The position numbers were made by a program, and so were the translations under genes. The notes beneath the pieces were generated by a model, which ran no database searches, was not told where the DNA came from, and saw only the letters and a program-made list of their open reading frames with translations. A stretch of DNA of 63,759 bases, filler included, from an uncultured Acidimicrobiia bacterium (lineage in GTDB: Bacteria > Actinomycetota > Acidimicrobiia > Spongiisociales > JAOTWH01): the NCBI GenBank assembly GCA_964347285.1. It is 4 parts of 4 records of this genome, joined end to end, with 100 filler letters (N's around TTAATTAATTAA, not from the genome) between each part and the next. Parts side by side here need not be neighbours in the genome. Positions count along the whole stretch, not along the records: positions 34,803 to 51,978 come from CAYFYE010000055.1; 3 more parts are not named here. The stretch is one strand, 5' to 3'. Within the stretch, counting starts at the first letter, position 1, and each line of letters begins with the position of its first letter. Positions 40,157 to 49,995 of this stretch are shown here, one piece after another.

Positions 40157-40182
40157 ACTTCGGCCTCTACGCCGCCCCCTGA
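40157..40182 (-). promoter_or_regulatory. Putative sigma-28/WhiG-type promoter of the diguanylate cyclase
   Basis: TCAG-N14-GCCGAAGT on the minus strand just upstream of the CDS. Confidence 0.45.
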
Positions 40183-40270
40183 ACCCCTTTCCAGACCGCT
40201 CCGGCTTGACGGGGCGGCCGGTCGGCTACTATATATATCGAACCGCTATATCGATTCGTTAGGAAACTCG

Positions 40271-40843
40271 ATGCTCGACTTTGCCATCCTGGGCCTGCTA
40301 CGGGACGAGCCCCGCCACGGCTACGAGCTTCGGCGCCAGCTCTCCGACCTCGGGTTCTGGAGCGTTTCCTTCGGTTCCCTCTATCCGGCCCTCAAGCGCC
40401 TGGAGAAACAGGGCGCCATCGCCGCCGAGGCCCAGACCGGGCGACGTAAGGCCTATCGAATCACCGCCGAAGGGCAGGGTAGGTTCCGCGAGCTACTCGA
40501 AGACGAGCAGGGTACCAACGACGACGACCGCTCGTTCAGCCTGAAGCTGGCCTTCTTCCGTTACCTCGACCCGGACTCCCGGCTCGGAGTGCTGGAAAGG
40601 CGCCGGGCGCAGTTGGCCGAGCGAGTCCAGGAGGCGAGGGCCAAGCTGCGCCGACGAGCCAGCCGCACCAAGGAGCGGATGGATCGCTACACGCTCGCCT
40701 TGATGGAGCACGGCGTCCGCTCCGCCGAAGCCGACATCGCCTGGCTCGACGAGTTGATCGAGTCGGAGCGGGCCTTGCGTCGCCCCAAGCGACGCAGAAA
40801 GCGTCGAACCGCTCCGGCCGGCAAAGACCTTGTCGCTGAATAA
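40271..40843 (+). CDS. PadR-family regulator
   Basis: [29 protein letters not shown]; typical actinobacterial position upstream of ino1. Confidence 0.9.
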   Translation: MLDFAILGLLRDEPRHGYELRRQLSDLGFWSVSFGSLYPALKRLEKQGAIAAEAQTGRRKAYRITAEGQGRFRELLEDEQGTNDDDRSFSLKLAFFRYLDPDSRLGVLERRRAQLAERVQEARAKLRRRASRTKERMDRYTLALMEHGVRSAEADIAWLDELIESERALRRPKRRRKRRTAPAGKDLVAE

Positions 40844-40862
40844 CGAGGAGGAGAAGACACAG

Positions 40863-41969
40863 ATGGGAACGGTGAAGGTGGCCATTGCCGGTGTGGGCAA
40901 CTGCGCCAACTCCCTGGTCCAAGGCGTCCGCTACTACGCCGACGCCGAGCCGGGCGAGTCCATACCCGGGCTGATGCACGTGACCGTAGGCGACTACCAC
41001 GTCGGCGACATCGATTTCGTCACGGCGTTCGACGTGGACGCCCAGAAAGTCGGTCAGGACCTGGCTAAGGCCATGTGGATGGGCCGCAACGACACGATCC
41101 GGTTCGCCGATGTCCCCGAGCTGGGCATCGAGGTGCAGCGCGGCCCCACCCTCGACGGCCTGGGGCGCTACTACCGCGATGTCGTCGAGGAGTCCGCCGC
41201 GCCCCCGATCGACGTGGCTGCGGCGCTGCGTGAGAGCGGCGCCGACGTGCTGGTGAGCTACCTCCCGGTCGGCTCCGAGTTGGCGGCTCGGCACTATGCC
41301 GAGGCAGCGCTCGAGGCCGGAGTGGCCTTCGTCAACTGCATGCCGGCATTCATCGCTTCGGACCCATCCTGGGCACGATTGTTCCACTCCAAGGGAGTCG
41401 CCATCATCGGCGATGACATCAAGTCCCAGGTGGGAGCAACGATCCTGCACCGCACGCTGGCACGCCTGTTCGAGGCCCGCGGCGTCGAGGTGGAGCGCAC
41501 CTACCAGCTCAACTTCGGCGGCAACATGGACTTCCGCAACATGCTGGAACGAGACCGACTGCAATCAAAAAAGATCTCCAAGACTCAGTCGGTGACCTCA
41601 CAGCTGGACCTTCCTATCGGCGCAGACGACATTCACATCGGTCCCTCCGACCACGTGCCCTGGTTGTCGGATCGCAAGTGGGCCTACATCCGCATCGAGG
41701 GCAAAGCCTTCGGGGACGTTCCCCTCAATGCCGAGCTGAAGCTCGAGGTGTGGGACTCGCCCAACTCGGCCGGAGTGGTCATCGACGCGGTGCGCTGCGC
41801 CAAGCTGGCAACCGACGCCGGGGTGGGAGGGCCTCTGCTGGCTCCCTCGGCCTACTTCATGAAGAGCCCGCCCGTTCAGTTCTCCGACACCCAAGCCCGA
41901 GAGCTCGTCGAGGCGTTCATCCGTGGCGAGGACGAAACGGGCCGGCTGGTCGACGACTTCCTCGACTGA
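40863..41969 (+). CDS. ino1: myo-inositol-1-phosphate synthase
   Basis: [31 protein letters not shown]. Confidence 0.95.
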   Translation: MGTVKVAIAGVGNCANSLVQGVRYYADAEPGESIPGLMHVTVGDYHVGDIDFVTAFDVDAQKVGQDLAKAMWMGRNDTIRFADVPELGIEVQRGPTLDGLGRYYRDVVEESAAPPIDVAAALRESGADVLVSYLPVGSELAARHYAEAALEAGVAFVNCMPAFIASDPSWARLFHSKGVAIIGDDIKSQVGATILHRTLARLFEARGVEVERTYQLNFGGNMDFRNMLERDRLQSKKISKTQSVTSQLDLPIGADDIHIGPSDHVPWLSDRKWAYIRIEGKAFGDVPLNAELKLEVWDSPNSAGVVIDAVRCAKLATDAGVGGPLLAPSAYFMKSPPVQFSDTQARELVEAFIRGEDETGRLVDDFLD

Positions 41970-41985
41970 GCCGACCCTCCACTCC

Positions 41986-43188
41986 TCACACCCGTCGAGC
42001 TTCCGCCGGCAGGGAGAAACCAACCCGACCTCCCGGGCCGGGTTCGATCCAAATCTCCCCTCCGTGAGCCTCGACGAGCCCTTTGGCGATGGCCAGTCCG
42101 AGACCGGCGCCACCCCCTCCGACGCCTCTGCTGCGTGCCGGCTCGAAACGCGCAAAGGGCTCGAAGGCACGCGGCTCGAACCCGGAAGGAAACCCGGGAC
42201 CCTCATCCTCCACGAGTACTGTGGCCGAGCCCCTCCCGTTGACGACATCGATGCGGATGCGCGACGCTTCTGGAGCGAAGCGGATGGCGTTGTCCAGCAG
42301 ATTGCGAATAACCCGCCGCAACTGGGCGGCGCCACCCTCCACCATGACCCGGTCTTCCGACCGGAGTTCCAGCTGAACGCCACGGCGCAGAGCGAGCGGG
42401 GTCATAGCTTCGACGGCCTCGTCGGCCAGCTCGGTCAGGTCGATCGGGACGAGTTCTAGGTCCACTCGCTCCGCCTCGATGCTGGCGAGCAGGAACAGGT
42501 CATCAACCAGGCTCGACATCAGCTCCACGTCGGCGGCTATTGCCGCCAGGTACCGGTCCGGCTCGCCCACCACCCCGTCCTGGAGTGCCTCGACGGCCGC
42601 CTGCATTGCCGTCAGCGGAGTCCGCAGGTCGTGGCCTACTGCCGCCAAGAACGAGTTCCGGGCCTCCTCTTCTTGCCGCCGCCGCCGGCTGGCCTCCTCG
42701 AGCCGAATCACCATGGCGTCGAAAGCGGCCGCCACCGCCCCCACCTCATCACGCCGATCCACACCGGTTCGGACCGCCAGGTCGCCCGTGCCGACACGAG
42801 CTGCGGCCCGACCCAGCTGTTTCATGTCATCGGCCAGGGGGGCTGCAGCCCACATGGCCAGTACCAACGCCAGCGCCGCGCCCAGTCCGGAGGCGACGAG
42901 GACCAGCCTCAAATCGTGGCTGGAGATGAACATGAAGCCCGCTGAGATCGCCACGGCCGAGGCCACCACCGCAACCGACACCATGGCCACGGCCAGCACC
43001 AGGTAGCGAAAAGAGGCAAAGCCGGCCCGGCGGCGACGGATGGCAATGCCGACGGCGAGCCCGGCCCCGGCCACTGCCCCGAAGATGGCCAGGATGGCCA
43101 GACGATCCTCCCCAGACGGCTGCATGACCATTTCCAGGACGGCCAGTCCCAGGACCAACATCCCGACAACGGCGGTGACCAGCCTCAC
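41986..43188 (-). CDS. HAMP sensor histidine kinase
   Basis: TMs, HAMP, HDLRTP, NLLDNA, DEGPG, GAGLGLAI. Confidence 0.92.
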   Translation of the reverse strand: MRLVTAVVGMLVLGLAVLEMVMQPSGEDRLAILAIFGAVAGAGLAVGIAIRRRRAGFASFRYLVLAVAMVSVAVVASAVAISAGFMFISSHDLRLVLVASGLGAALALVLAMWAAAPLADDMKQLGRAAARVGTGDLAVRTGVDRRDEVGAVAAAFDAMVIRLEEASRRRRQEEEARNSFLAAVGHDLRTPLTAMQAAVEALQDGVVGEPDRYLAAIAADVELMSSLVDDLFLLASIEAERVDLELVPIDLTELADEAVEAMTPLALRRGVQLELRSEDRVMVEGGAAQLRRVIRNLLDNAIRFAPEASRIRIDVVNGRGSATVLVEDEGPGFPSGFEPRAFEPFARFEPARSRGVGGGGAGLGLAIAKGLVEAHGGEIWIEPGPGGRVGFSLPAEARRV

Positions 43189-43901
43189 TGCTCGAACCGA
43201 TACCCGACTCCCCACACGGTGGTGAGTCGCTTCGGCTCAGAGGGGTCGTCCTCGATCTTGTTGCGGAGCCGGCCAATGTGCACCGTGACCGTGGCCGGAT
43301 CTTGCCACTCGGTCGAGGAATCCCATACTTGCTGGAGCAGCTGACCGCGACTGAAGACCTGACCCGGCGAGGACGCCATGAACCACAGCAGCTCGAACTC
43401 CCGCCGGGTGAGCTCCACCGAACGGCCCTCTACTTCAACCCGCCTTTGTCGGGGATCGATGGTCAGCTCGCCGAACTCCAGCCGCCCGGCGTCGGGCGCG
43501 GGAAGGCCGGAACGGCGTAGCACGGTCTTGACCCTGGCGGCCAACTCTCGGGGAGAGAAGGGCTTGAGCACGTAGTCGTCGGCGCCCAGCTCGAGGCCGA
43601 GAACACGATCGGCTTCCTCGGTCCGGGCCGTCAACAAGATCACCGGAACGTCCCCGAGCTTGCGGATCTCGGCCAAGACGTCGAGTCCATCGACGATGGG
43701 CAGCATGACGTCGAGAACGACCAGATCGGCCCCGTGCCTTCGGACGTAGTCGATGGCGGACCGTCCGTCCTCCAAGACTTCCACACGGAATCCGGCGTGG
43801 GTCAGGTAGGTGGCCACGACCTCTCGCACCATCGGCTCGTCGTCGACGACCACCACCCGACGGGGCCGCTCCGAGCCGGCGCCGATCCTCGCGTCAGACA
43901 T
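43185..43901 (-). CDS. OmpR-family response regulator
   Basis: VVDDE, LDVMLP, KPFSPREL, winged HTH, TVWGVGYRF. Confidence 0.93.
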   Translation of the reverse strand: MSDARIGAGSERPRRVVVVDDEPMVREVVATYLTHAGFRVEVLEDGRSAIDYVRRHGADLVVLDVMLPIVDGLDVLAEIRKLGDVPVILLTARTEEADRVLGLELGADDYVLKPFSPRELAARVKTVLRRSGLPAPDAGRLEFGELTIDPRQRRVEVEGRSVELTRREFELLWFMASSPGQVFSRGQLLQQVWDSSTEWQDPATVTVHIGRLRNKIEDDPSEPKRLTTVWGVGYRFEQ

Positions 43902-44034
43902 GTGTCTCATCGTATGTATCCATGCCGGAAAACGACCCAAGACGCCCGAGAGTTTCGGCTTTGTTCATCACCCCGTTCGATGCCGTTGAGGTCGACGGGC
44001 CACCGTGTGAGGCCTGAACCCGAGAGAAAGGAGA

Positions 44035-44802
44035 ATGTCCATGCTCGGGCACACGAAACGGCTGATCTTTGGGCTGGTGATTGCCCTGTTCGGAGCGCTC
44101 GCCATCCCGGCCGTGTCGGCCGACGGCGGAAGGGACGCGGTGTTCACTTACGAGGTCACCATCGAGAACCTGACCTCGTCCCAACCGCTGTCGCCTCCCA
44201 TCGCCTACACCCACGACAAGGGGTTCGGCCTGTTCGACGTGGGTCAAGCGGCTTCGGCGGCCATTGCCGCAATAGCCGAAGACGGCAACCAGTCGGTGGC
44301 GAGAGCGGCACTGGAGGGAACTCGAGACGTCGGGTTCGGCATTGTGACCGATGTCGTCGACGTCGGGGTTCCGCTCACACCGCAGGGAACCACCGTGGGC
44401 TCCTTCACCGATTCCGCCAGCTTCACCATCGAGGCTCGTCGTCAAGATCGGCTGTCGCTCGCCACGATGCTCATCTGCACCAACGACGGCTTCACCGGGG
44501 CCGGCGGTGTCGAGCTCACCAACCAGCCGGGCGGATCGTCGGTCCACTACTTGATGGCCTACGACGCCGGCACCGAGGACAACACGGAGTTGAGCGCCGA
44601 CATCGTCGACCCGTGCAGCGCCCTCGGACCGCTGACACTGGCCGGTGACCCCAACGGGAACGAAAACATGGACCCCGACACCGATCCACCGGCTGCCATC
44701 CAGCTTCATCCGGGCGTGGTCGGCACGGCAGGTGGTCTGGCGGCGGCCCACGACTGGGGCGGTGCCGCCGTCGCCAAGGTGACGATCAGGCGGCTGGGAT
44801 AA
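44035..44802 (+). CDS. Secreted Spondin_N-domain protein
   Basis: Signal peptide; YEVTIENLT..QPLSP...H, AEDG, TMLICTNDGF, YDAGTE.N.E, HPG. Confidence 0.8.
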   Translation: MSMLGHTKRLIFGLVIALFGALAIPAVSADGGRDAVFTYEVTIENLTSSQPLSPPIAYTHDKGFGLFDVGQAASAAIAAIAEDGNQSVARAALEGTRDVGFGIVTDVVDVGVPLTPQGTTVGSFTDSASFTIEARRQDRLSLATMLICTNDGFTGAGGVELTNQPGGSSVHYLMAYDAGTEDNTELSADIVDPCSALGPLTLAGDPNGNENMDPDTDPPAAIQLHPGVVGTAGGLAAAHDWGGAAVAKVTIRRLG

Positions 44803-44820
44803 GGCTCGATGCGGTTCTGC

Positions 44821-44846
44821 TGAGCCCCTTCCTCGGGAGGGGCTCA
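44821..44846. terminator. Hairpin between the convergent spondin and nfo genes
   Basis: TGAGCCCCTTCC-TC-GGGAGGGGCTCA inverted repeat. Confidence 0.55.
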
Positions 44847-45608
44847 GCCCAGTCGCTCGCGCAACCAGGCGATGTCGCCGGCCTGGCCTTCGGCGTCGTC
44901 GGGAGTTTCCACCACCACCGGCGCCTGGGCCGCTCGGACGACTCCCACCAGCAGCTTTTCGGGTATCAGGCCGGTCCCGAGATTGGTATGACGGTCCCGT
45001 CGGCTGTTGAGAGGATCGCGTGAGTCGTTGCAGTGGACCAGATCGACCCGACCGGTAGCCGCCAACAGCCGTTCCACCACCGTTACCAAGTCCTCCCCGG
45101 CCGCCCAGGCGTGGCAGGTGTCGAGGCATGTACCGACCCCCAAGTCCCCGATCTCCTCCCACAATGGCCCATAGGCGTCGATCTCGCGGGCGATGGCGTT
45201 GCCTCCCCCGGCGGTGTTCTCGATGAGGATGGGGATGTCGGTCTCCAGCGCATCGAGCGCCTTGCGCCATCGCTCCCCGGCCACCTCGGGCCCTTCATCG
45301 TCACCAATGTGGCCGCCGTGCACGACGACGGCGGCGGCCCCGATGGCGTCGGCTGCGGTCACCGTGTCGGCGAGAATCTTCCGGCTGGGAATTCGGACCC
45401 GGTTGTTGGGGGAGCCGACGTTCACCAGGTAGGGGGCATGGACGTACAGAGGAAGGTCGGAGGCGACCAGCTCCCGGGTGTCGTCCCGGGGCAAGGGCGC
45501 CTTCCAGGATTGGGGATTGGAGAGGAAGAACTGCACCAGGTCGGCCCGACGATCCTCGGCTTCCTTGAGGGGGTGCGCATTGGGCACATGGGCGCCGACT
45601 GGAATCAC
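44844..45608 (-). CDS. nfo: Endonuclease IV
   Basis: IPVGAH, NPQSW, HAPYLVN, HGGH, ENTAG, DTCH, HCNDS, DRH, ETP. Confidence 0.9.
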   Translation of the reverse strand: MIPVGAHVPNAHPLKEAEDRRADLVQFFLSNPQSWKAPLPRDDTRELVASDLPLYVHAPYLVNVGSPNNRVRIPSRKILADTVTAADAIGAAAVVVHGGHIGDDEGPEVAGERWRKALDALETDIPILIENTAGGGNAIAREIDAYGPLWEEIGDLGVGTCLDTCHAWAAGEDLVTVVERLLAATGRVDLVHCNDSRDPLNSRRDRHTNLGTGLIPEKLLVGVVRAAQAPVVVETPDDAEGQAGDIAWLRERLG

Positions 45609-46177
45609 CGCTCCTCCATATCGGGACGGTCTGCGTAGCGGGATCGCTCCAGCATCTTCTGAAGCAGGTCGGCGACCTCCGGGAGTGCCGGGCTCCAGTC
45701 TCCGGCATCGATCAGTAGTAGATCGCCCTCCCAACGCGCCCCCCGAGGGTCGGTGAGGCCCAATGCCGGATGAGCCAACTCCAGAGCGAGGGCTCGTGAC
45801 TGACCGGTCTCATCCTCGTCGAGAGTGGAGCGGACGGCGAGCACTTCGTTCCACCCAATGCGCCACGGCCGCCCCCCAATTCCAGGAGCCGCGAGGAGGA
45901 TGCCCTCGCCGTCGGCGGCCAGCACTGGGCGCCGGCGTAGGTCGCTCGCCCCCCACAACACCAGTCCTGCTCCGGCCACGGCGAGCCCTACTCCCCAGGT
46001 GATATCGGCCCGACGCTCGCTCCGCCCCTGGTTGGTACGACGGCCCTCGTCGTCCACTTCGGGCTCGGGAAAGACCACGTACCCGAACAACAGATCCACC
46101 GCCGCCACCAGAGCCACCAAGCCCGCCGCCAGCGTGAAGACCGGGCGTCGCATCGACCGGCGCACCTGGAGGTTCAC
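45605..46177 (-). CDS. Hypothetical membrane protein (two TMs plus a PH-like C-terminus)
   Basis: Two hydrophobic helices; GTGA overlap with nfo; start uncertain. Confidence 0.6.
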   Translation of the reverse strand: MNLQVRRSMRRPVFTLAAGLVALVAAVDLLFGYVVFPEPEVDDEGRRTNQGRSERRADITWGVGLAVAGAGLVLWGASDLRRRPVLAADGEGILLAAPGIGGRPWRIGWNEVLAVRSTLDEDETGQSRALALELAHPALGLTDPRGARWEGDLLLIDAGDWSPALPEVADLLQKMLERSRYADRPDMEER

Positions 46178-46220
46178 CCCAGCGTCCCTGCTTCGGGTGC
46201 CGGAAGGTCAGAAAAAGCGC

Positions 46221-46249
46221 TCAAGATTCGGGGGCTCAACGGCCGAACC
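46221..46249 (+). promoter_or_regulatory. Putative sigma-28/WhiG-type promoter, unit 1
   Basis: TCAA-N17-GCCGAACC preceded by an A-tract. Confidence 0.5.
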
Positions 46250-46253
46250 ATAA

Positions 46254-46318
46254 CGGTGTAAAACTTCCTTCCATCGCTTGCCCGTACGGAGGGGCCGCCC
46301 GGTGGGGCGGCCCCTCGC
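46254..46318 (+). ncRNA. Candidate small RNA 1 (CU-loop hairpin + GCCCGUAC + terminator hairpin)
   Basis: Stem CGGTG/CATCG with loop TAAAACTTCCTTC; GCCCGTAC; GAGGGGCCGCCC-GGTG-GGGCGGCCCCTC. Confidence 0.55.
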
Positions 46319-46371
46319 TCGCGAGCCCCGACTGCGCCCGAAATAAAGCGCGAAAAAAACTCGAAAACATC

Positions 46372-46399
46372 TAAAGGTTCTCGAGGTTGTGACCGATAG
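46372..46399 (+). promoter_or_regulatory. Putative sigma-28/WhiG-type promoter, unit 2
   Basis: TAAAG-N15-ACCGATAG (TAAA-N16) with upstream A-tracts. Confidence 0.6.
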
Positions 46400-46406
46400 A
46401 CACCGC

Positions 46407-46475
46407 AGACGGATTCCTTCCTCCCGTCTTCGCCCGTACCGAAGGGCCGCCCAGTGGGCGGCCCCTCGGTCTTTC
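46407..46475 (+). ncRNA. Candidate small RNA 2 (paralog of RNA 1)
   Basis: Stem AGACGG/CCGTCT with loop ATTCCTTCCTC; GCCCGTAC; CCGAAGGGCCGCCC-AGT-GGGCGGCCCCTCGG then TCTTT. Confidence 0.6.
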
Positions 46476-46498
46476 TGGGCTTGGTACTCTCGCAGCAG

Positions 46499-47182
46499 GT
46501 GGAGATCTGCTTCGTCCGTCACGCTGAGCCCGCCTGGAGCGTCGCCGGGGTCAACCAACACGATCCGTTCTTGACTCCACGCGGTCACCGCCAGGCCCAG
46601 CTGCTGGCCGATCGCCTGGCCTCGGAGCCGGCCTTCACCGAGCTCGTCGTCTCTACCTCACAACGCACTCGCCAGACGGCCGAGCCGGTCGCCGACGCGC
46701 TCGATCTCGAGCCCCGCTTCCTGGACGATTTGGTGGAGTTCCGCATGCCCGATCTTCAAGGCAGTCCGGCCGAAACGGTCGAAAAGATCTTCCGCGAGGC
46801 GTACCGGAGACCGCCGGAAGAATGGTGGGACGGGCTGCCGGGCGGTGAGAGCTTCCGGCAGTTCCACGATCGGGTCAGCGCCACGGTCTTGAGCATTCTC
46901 GACGGACACGGCATCGAACGCGACGAACACACTCCCACCCACCTGTGGCGGATGGGGTCTCCCGAGGAGCGCCTGGTGATCGTGGGTCATGGAGGCACCA
47001 ACGCGGTGGCCCTTGGCTTCCTCCTCGGGGTGGAGCCCACTCCGTGGGAGTGGGAGCGCTTCGTCCTCGGCCACGCTGCGATAGCCCGCCTGGTGAGCGT
47101 GCCCCTCGCCGGCGAGCACATCCTTTCGATGCGCTCCTTCAACGACCAGGAACACTTGCCGGCCAACTTGAGGACCAGGTGA
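46499..47182 (+). CDS. Histidine phosphatase family protein
   Basis: FVRHAE, RTRQTA, GGESF, VGHGGT, FND.EHL. Confidence 0.85.
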   Translation: MEICFVRHAEPAWSVAGVNQHDPFLTPRGHRQAQLLADRLASEPAFTELVVSTSQRTRQTAEPVADALDLEPRFLDDLVEFRMPDLQGSPAETVEKIFREAYRRPPEEWWDGLPGGESFRQFHDRVSATVLSILDGHGIERDEHTPTHLWRMGSPEERLVIVGHGGTNAVALGFLLGVEPTPWEWERFVLGHAAIARLVSVPLAGEHILSMRSFNDQEHLPANLRTR

Positions 47183-47320
47183 CTGCTCCTGCCCCATCGA
47201 ACGGGTCCGCCGAGACCGGCCGGCAGCCCAGGAGTCCTCACGGGAACCGTCCCCATCCGTTGCCCCTCGAGCAGGAAGGCCCTCGTTACCCACATCCGCA
47301 GTCCACAGAAGGAGAGCCCA

Positions 47321-47476
47321 ATGTGCGATCAGCCCCGCATCGACGACGCCCGCCGGAACTGGAAGGAGAGCGAGCTGCCCTTTGCCGAGAAGCTGGCGTT
47401 GGCGGCCAAGAACCACGCCAAGAAGATCGCCACCCTCTCCAGTTGCTGCGGCAACCCCGGTGAGCCCGGCTGCTGA
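47321..47476 (+). CDS. Small Cys-rich protein (51 aa) ending CCGNPGEPGC
   Basis: Strong RBS AGAAGGAG, ATG, high-GC3 codon usage; below the ORF-track size cutoff. Confidence 0.75.
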   Translation: MCDQPRIDDARRNWKESELPFAEKLALAAKNHAKKIATLSSCCGNPGEPGC

Positions 47477-47557
47477 AAGGCAAAGAGCGAGCCCGGTCGG
47501 GACTCACTAAACGACTCGAACGACGGCTGACTCCGAGCCAGGGGAATCGGTGGGGGA

Positions 47558-49763
47558 TTAGCCGAGCCCGAACTCCCCCGCCACCGGCAAGAACGAAGGT
47601 TCCCCGAACACAAACTGGCTGTCGGCGACGCCCTGGGTCGGCGTGTGGCGGAAGTAGAAAGTGGCATCCGAAGGCCGGAATGCCGCCGGGGTGTCCACAC
47701 CGTCCACCACTCCCCAGTCCCCGGCCACAAAGCGATCGTTGGGGTTTCCAAAGAAGATCTCGCGATCGGCAATCCCGGTGGTGAGCGTTTCGCGCCAATA
47801 GAAGAACCCGGTCGCCTCTCGGTGCAGGCCGACCTCGTCGATCCCGTCCCCATCCCAGTCGCCCACTACCGGCTTGTCCCCGGGGTTGCCGAACAGGAAC
47901 GAGAAGTCGACCGTTCCCAGGCCTGCGAAGCTGCTGCCCAGCGTCTCGATGATGTAGAAGCGCTGCTCGGAAGGCCGATACAAGCTGAGGGTATCGCACC
48001 CATCCCCGTTCCAGTCTCCGGCCAACGGAATGTCGCCGGGGTTGCCGAAGAAGAACCTGATGTCGGCAGTGCCTTGGGTGTTGGAGTTCCTCAGGTAGGC
48101 GAAGGCCTCCGACCGGCGAAACAAGCCCGGAGTGTCGACTCCGTCGCAATCCCAGTCCCCCATGAAGGGGATGTCGCCGGGGTTGCCGTAGAAGAAGGAG
48201 GTCACTGCTCCGACGGAATTCCGCAGGTGCCACCGGCCGGTGAGCGGGTCTTGGAGGCCCACGGTCTCGACACCGGAGACCAGGACCGGCAGATAGCGCT
48301 GCCCGAAGATCTCGAACTCGCCGTCAACGACGTCGTCCCCCTCCCATGCAACCAGGTACTGATTGTCCACCGGATTGTTCGCTACCGCCGGGTCGAAGGC
48401 GCTGAATGCGACGCTGCCCTCGAGCCCCATGCTGGAGATCCGAATATCCACGCCGATCTGGGTGCCGTTGGAAGCCCTCAGTCGCTGGCCGTAGATCTCA
48501 AATTCACCGTTGACCGCGTCGTCCCCCCACCACACGACGAGGTACTCGCCGGCCACCGGGTTGTGGGCCACCGCCGGGCTGAAAGCATCGAATGCCGCCG
48601 AAGTCTCGACGCCCATGTCGGACAGGCGAACGTCGTTGGGACCTACCTCGACCCCGGCGGCATCGACCCGCTGCCCGTAGATCTCGTTCTCTCCGTTGAC
48701 GACGTCGTCGCCGGCCCACACCACCAGGTACTCGCCGCTGGCGACGTTGGATGCCACCGCCGGATTGACGGCGCCGAACTTGCTGTCGCCCTCCGGGCCC
48801 ATGTCGGAGAGGCGGAAATCGTTGGGACCTACCTCGGCCCCGGCGGCATCGACCCGCTGGCTGTAGATCTCGTTCTCCCCATTGACGACTTCGACGGCCT
48901 CCCACACCACCAGGTACTCGAGGGCCACCGGGTTGTGAGTCACCGCCGGCGAGCGGGCGTTGCCTGCCGGGCCCATGTCGGAGATAGGGACGTCGTTGGT
49001 CCCAACCTCGGCCCCGGTGGCATCGATCCGTTGGCCGTAAATCTCGCTCTCCCCGTCAATGACGTCGTCGCCCTCCCAGACCACCAAGTACTCGTTGGCC
49101 GCCGGGTTGTAGGCCACCGCCGGCGAATGGGCGTCGAAATCGCCATTGCCTTCCGGGCCCATGTCGGAGAGGCGGAAATCGCTGCCGATCTCGCTGCCGT
49201 CGGCGGCGTCGACCCGCTGGCCGTAGATCTCGTTCTCCCCATCAATCACGTCGTCGCCCCACCACACCACCAAGTACTCGTTGGCCGCCGGGTTGTAGGC
49301 CACCTCAGGCGAATGGGCATCGAAATCGATGTTGCCTTCCGGTCCCATGTCGGAGAGGCGGAAATCGCTGCCGATCTCGCTGCCGTCGGCGGCGTCGANN
49401 NNNNNNNNNNNNNNNNNNNNNNNNNNNNNNNNNNNNNNNNNNNNNNNNNNNNNNNNNNNNNNNNNNNNNNNNNNNNNNNNNNNNNNNNNNNNNNNNNNCC
49501 CGCTGGCCGTAGATCTCGCGCTCGTCCAGCACGTCGTCGCCCTCCCACACCACCAGGTACTCGTCGGCCGCCGGGTTGTAGGCGACCGCCGGATTGAAGG
49601 CGCCGAAGTCCGGGGCGCCGTCGGGACCCATTTGGGAGAGGCGCACGGTGTTGGGGCCCGCTGCCTCGAGTGGTTCGACCGGCAAGAGCATCGGACCCGA
49701 AGCCAGGACGATGACTGCGGCCGCCAGCACGGATGCCGAGAGCCGGACGGAGTTGCCGATCAT
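47558..49763 (-). CDS. Secreted protein with ~62-aa tandem repeats and C-terminal FG-GAP-like domain (interrupted by a scaffold gap)
   Basis: Signal peptide, repeats PAVAYNP..NEYLVVW.GDD..DGE.EIYGQR, C-terminal GDWDCDGVDT repeats. Confidence 0.8.
48300..49640 (-). repeat. Intragenic ~186-bp tandem repeat array
   Basis: Near-identical DNA units (e.g. CATGTCGGAGAGGCGGAAATCGCTGCCGATCTCG near 49160 and 49346); the gap lies inside the array. Confidence 0.85.
49399..49498. other. Scaffold gap (100 N)
   Basis: N-run inside the repeat array. Confidence 0.95.
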
Positions 49764-49946
49764 CGATGCCCCGCCATCAGACAAATCGGAGCCGGACGAT
49801 AGCGCCCGATTCCGCCGCAGCCCCAGCCGTCACCAAGTTTTGCGTCGTTCCTACCAGGATCTTCACACTGCAACTTCGACCCGATTCCACTACTCAGAGT
49901 AGTCCACCCTGGCAACTTCGCCCCGCACACACGACCACGGATGATC

Positions 49947-49976
49947 GAGCGCCCCGGGTGGTGACCCGGGGCGCTC
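49947..49976 (-). terminator. GC hairpin downstream of the PD40 protein gene
   Basis: GAGCGCCCCGGGT-GGTG-ACCCGGGGCGCTC. Confidence 0.65.
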
Positions 49977-49995
49977 TCCCAAGTCTGGCCATTCC

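Noticed and set aside
46264..46272. CTTCCTTCC of candidate sRNA 1 is complementary to SRP RNA helix 8 (GGAAGGAAG)
   Set aside because: Only 9 low-complexity nucleotides, and the target is structured and protein-bound; probably coincidence
46221..46475. Mini-CRISPR or REP interpretation of the duplicated hairpin
   Set aside because: Only two copies, no cas genes, no other copies in the window, and each unit has its own promoter-like motif
47474..47520. Selenocysteine read-through of TGA after the terminal Cys
   Set aside because: No convincing SECIS-like hairpin immediately downstream
49889..49903. Palindrome ACTACTC-A-GAGTAGT upstream of the repeat protein gene
   Set aside because: Could be an operator, but it is a single instance with no assignable regulator
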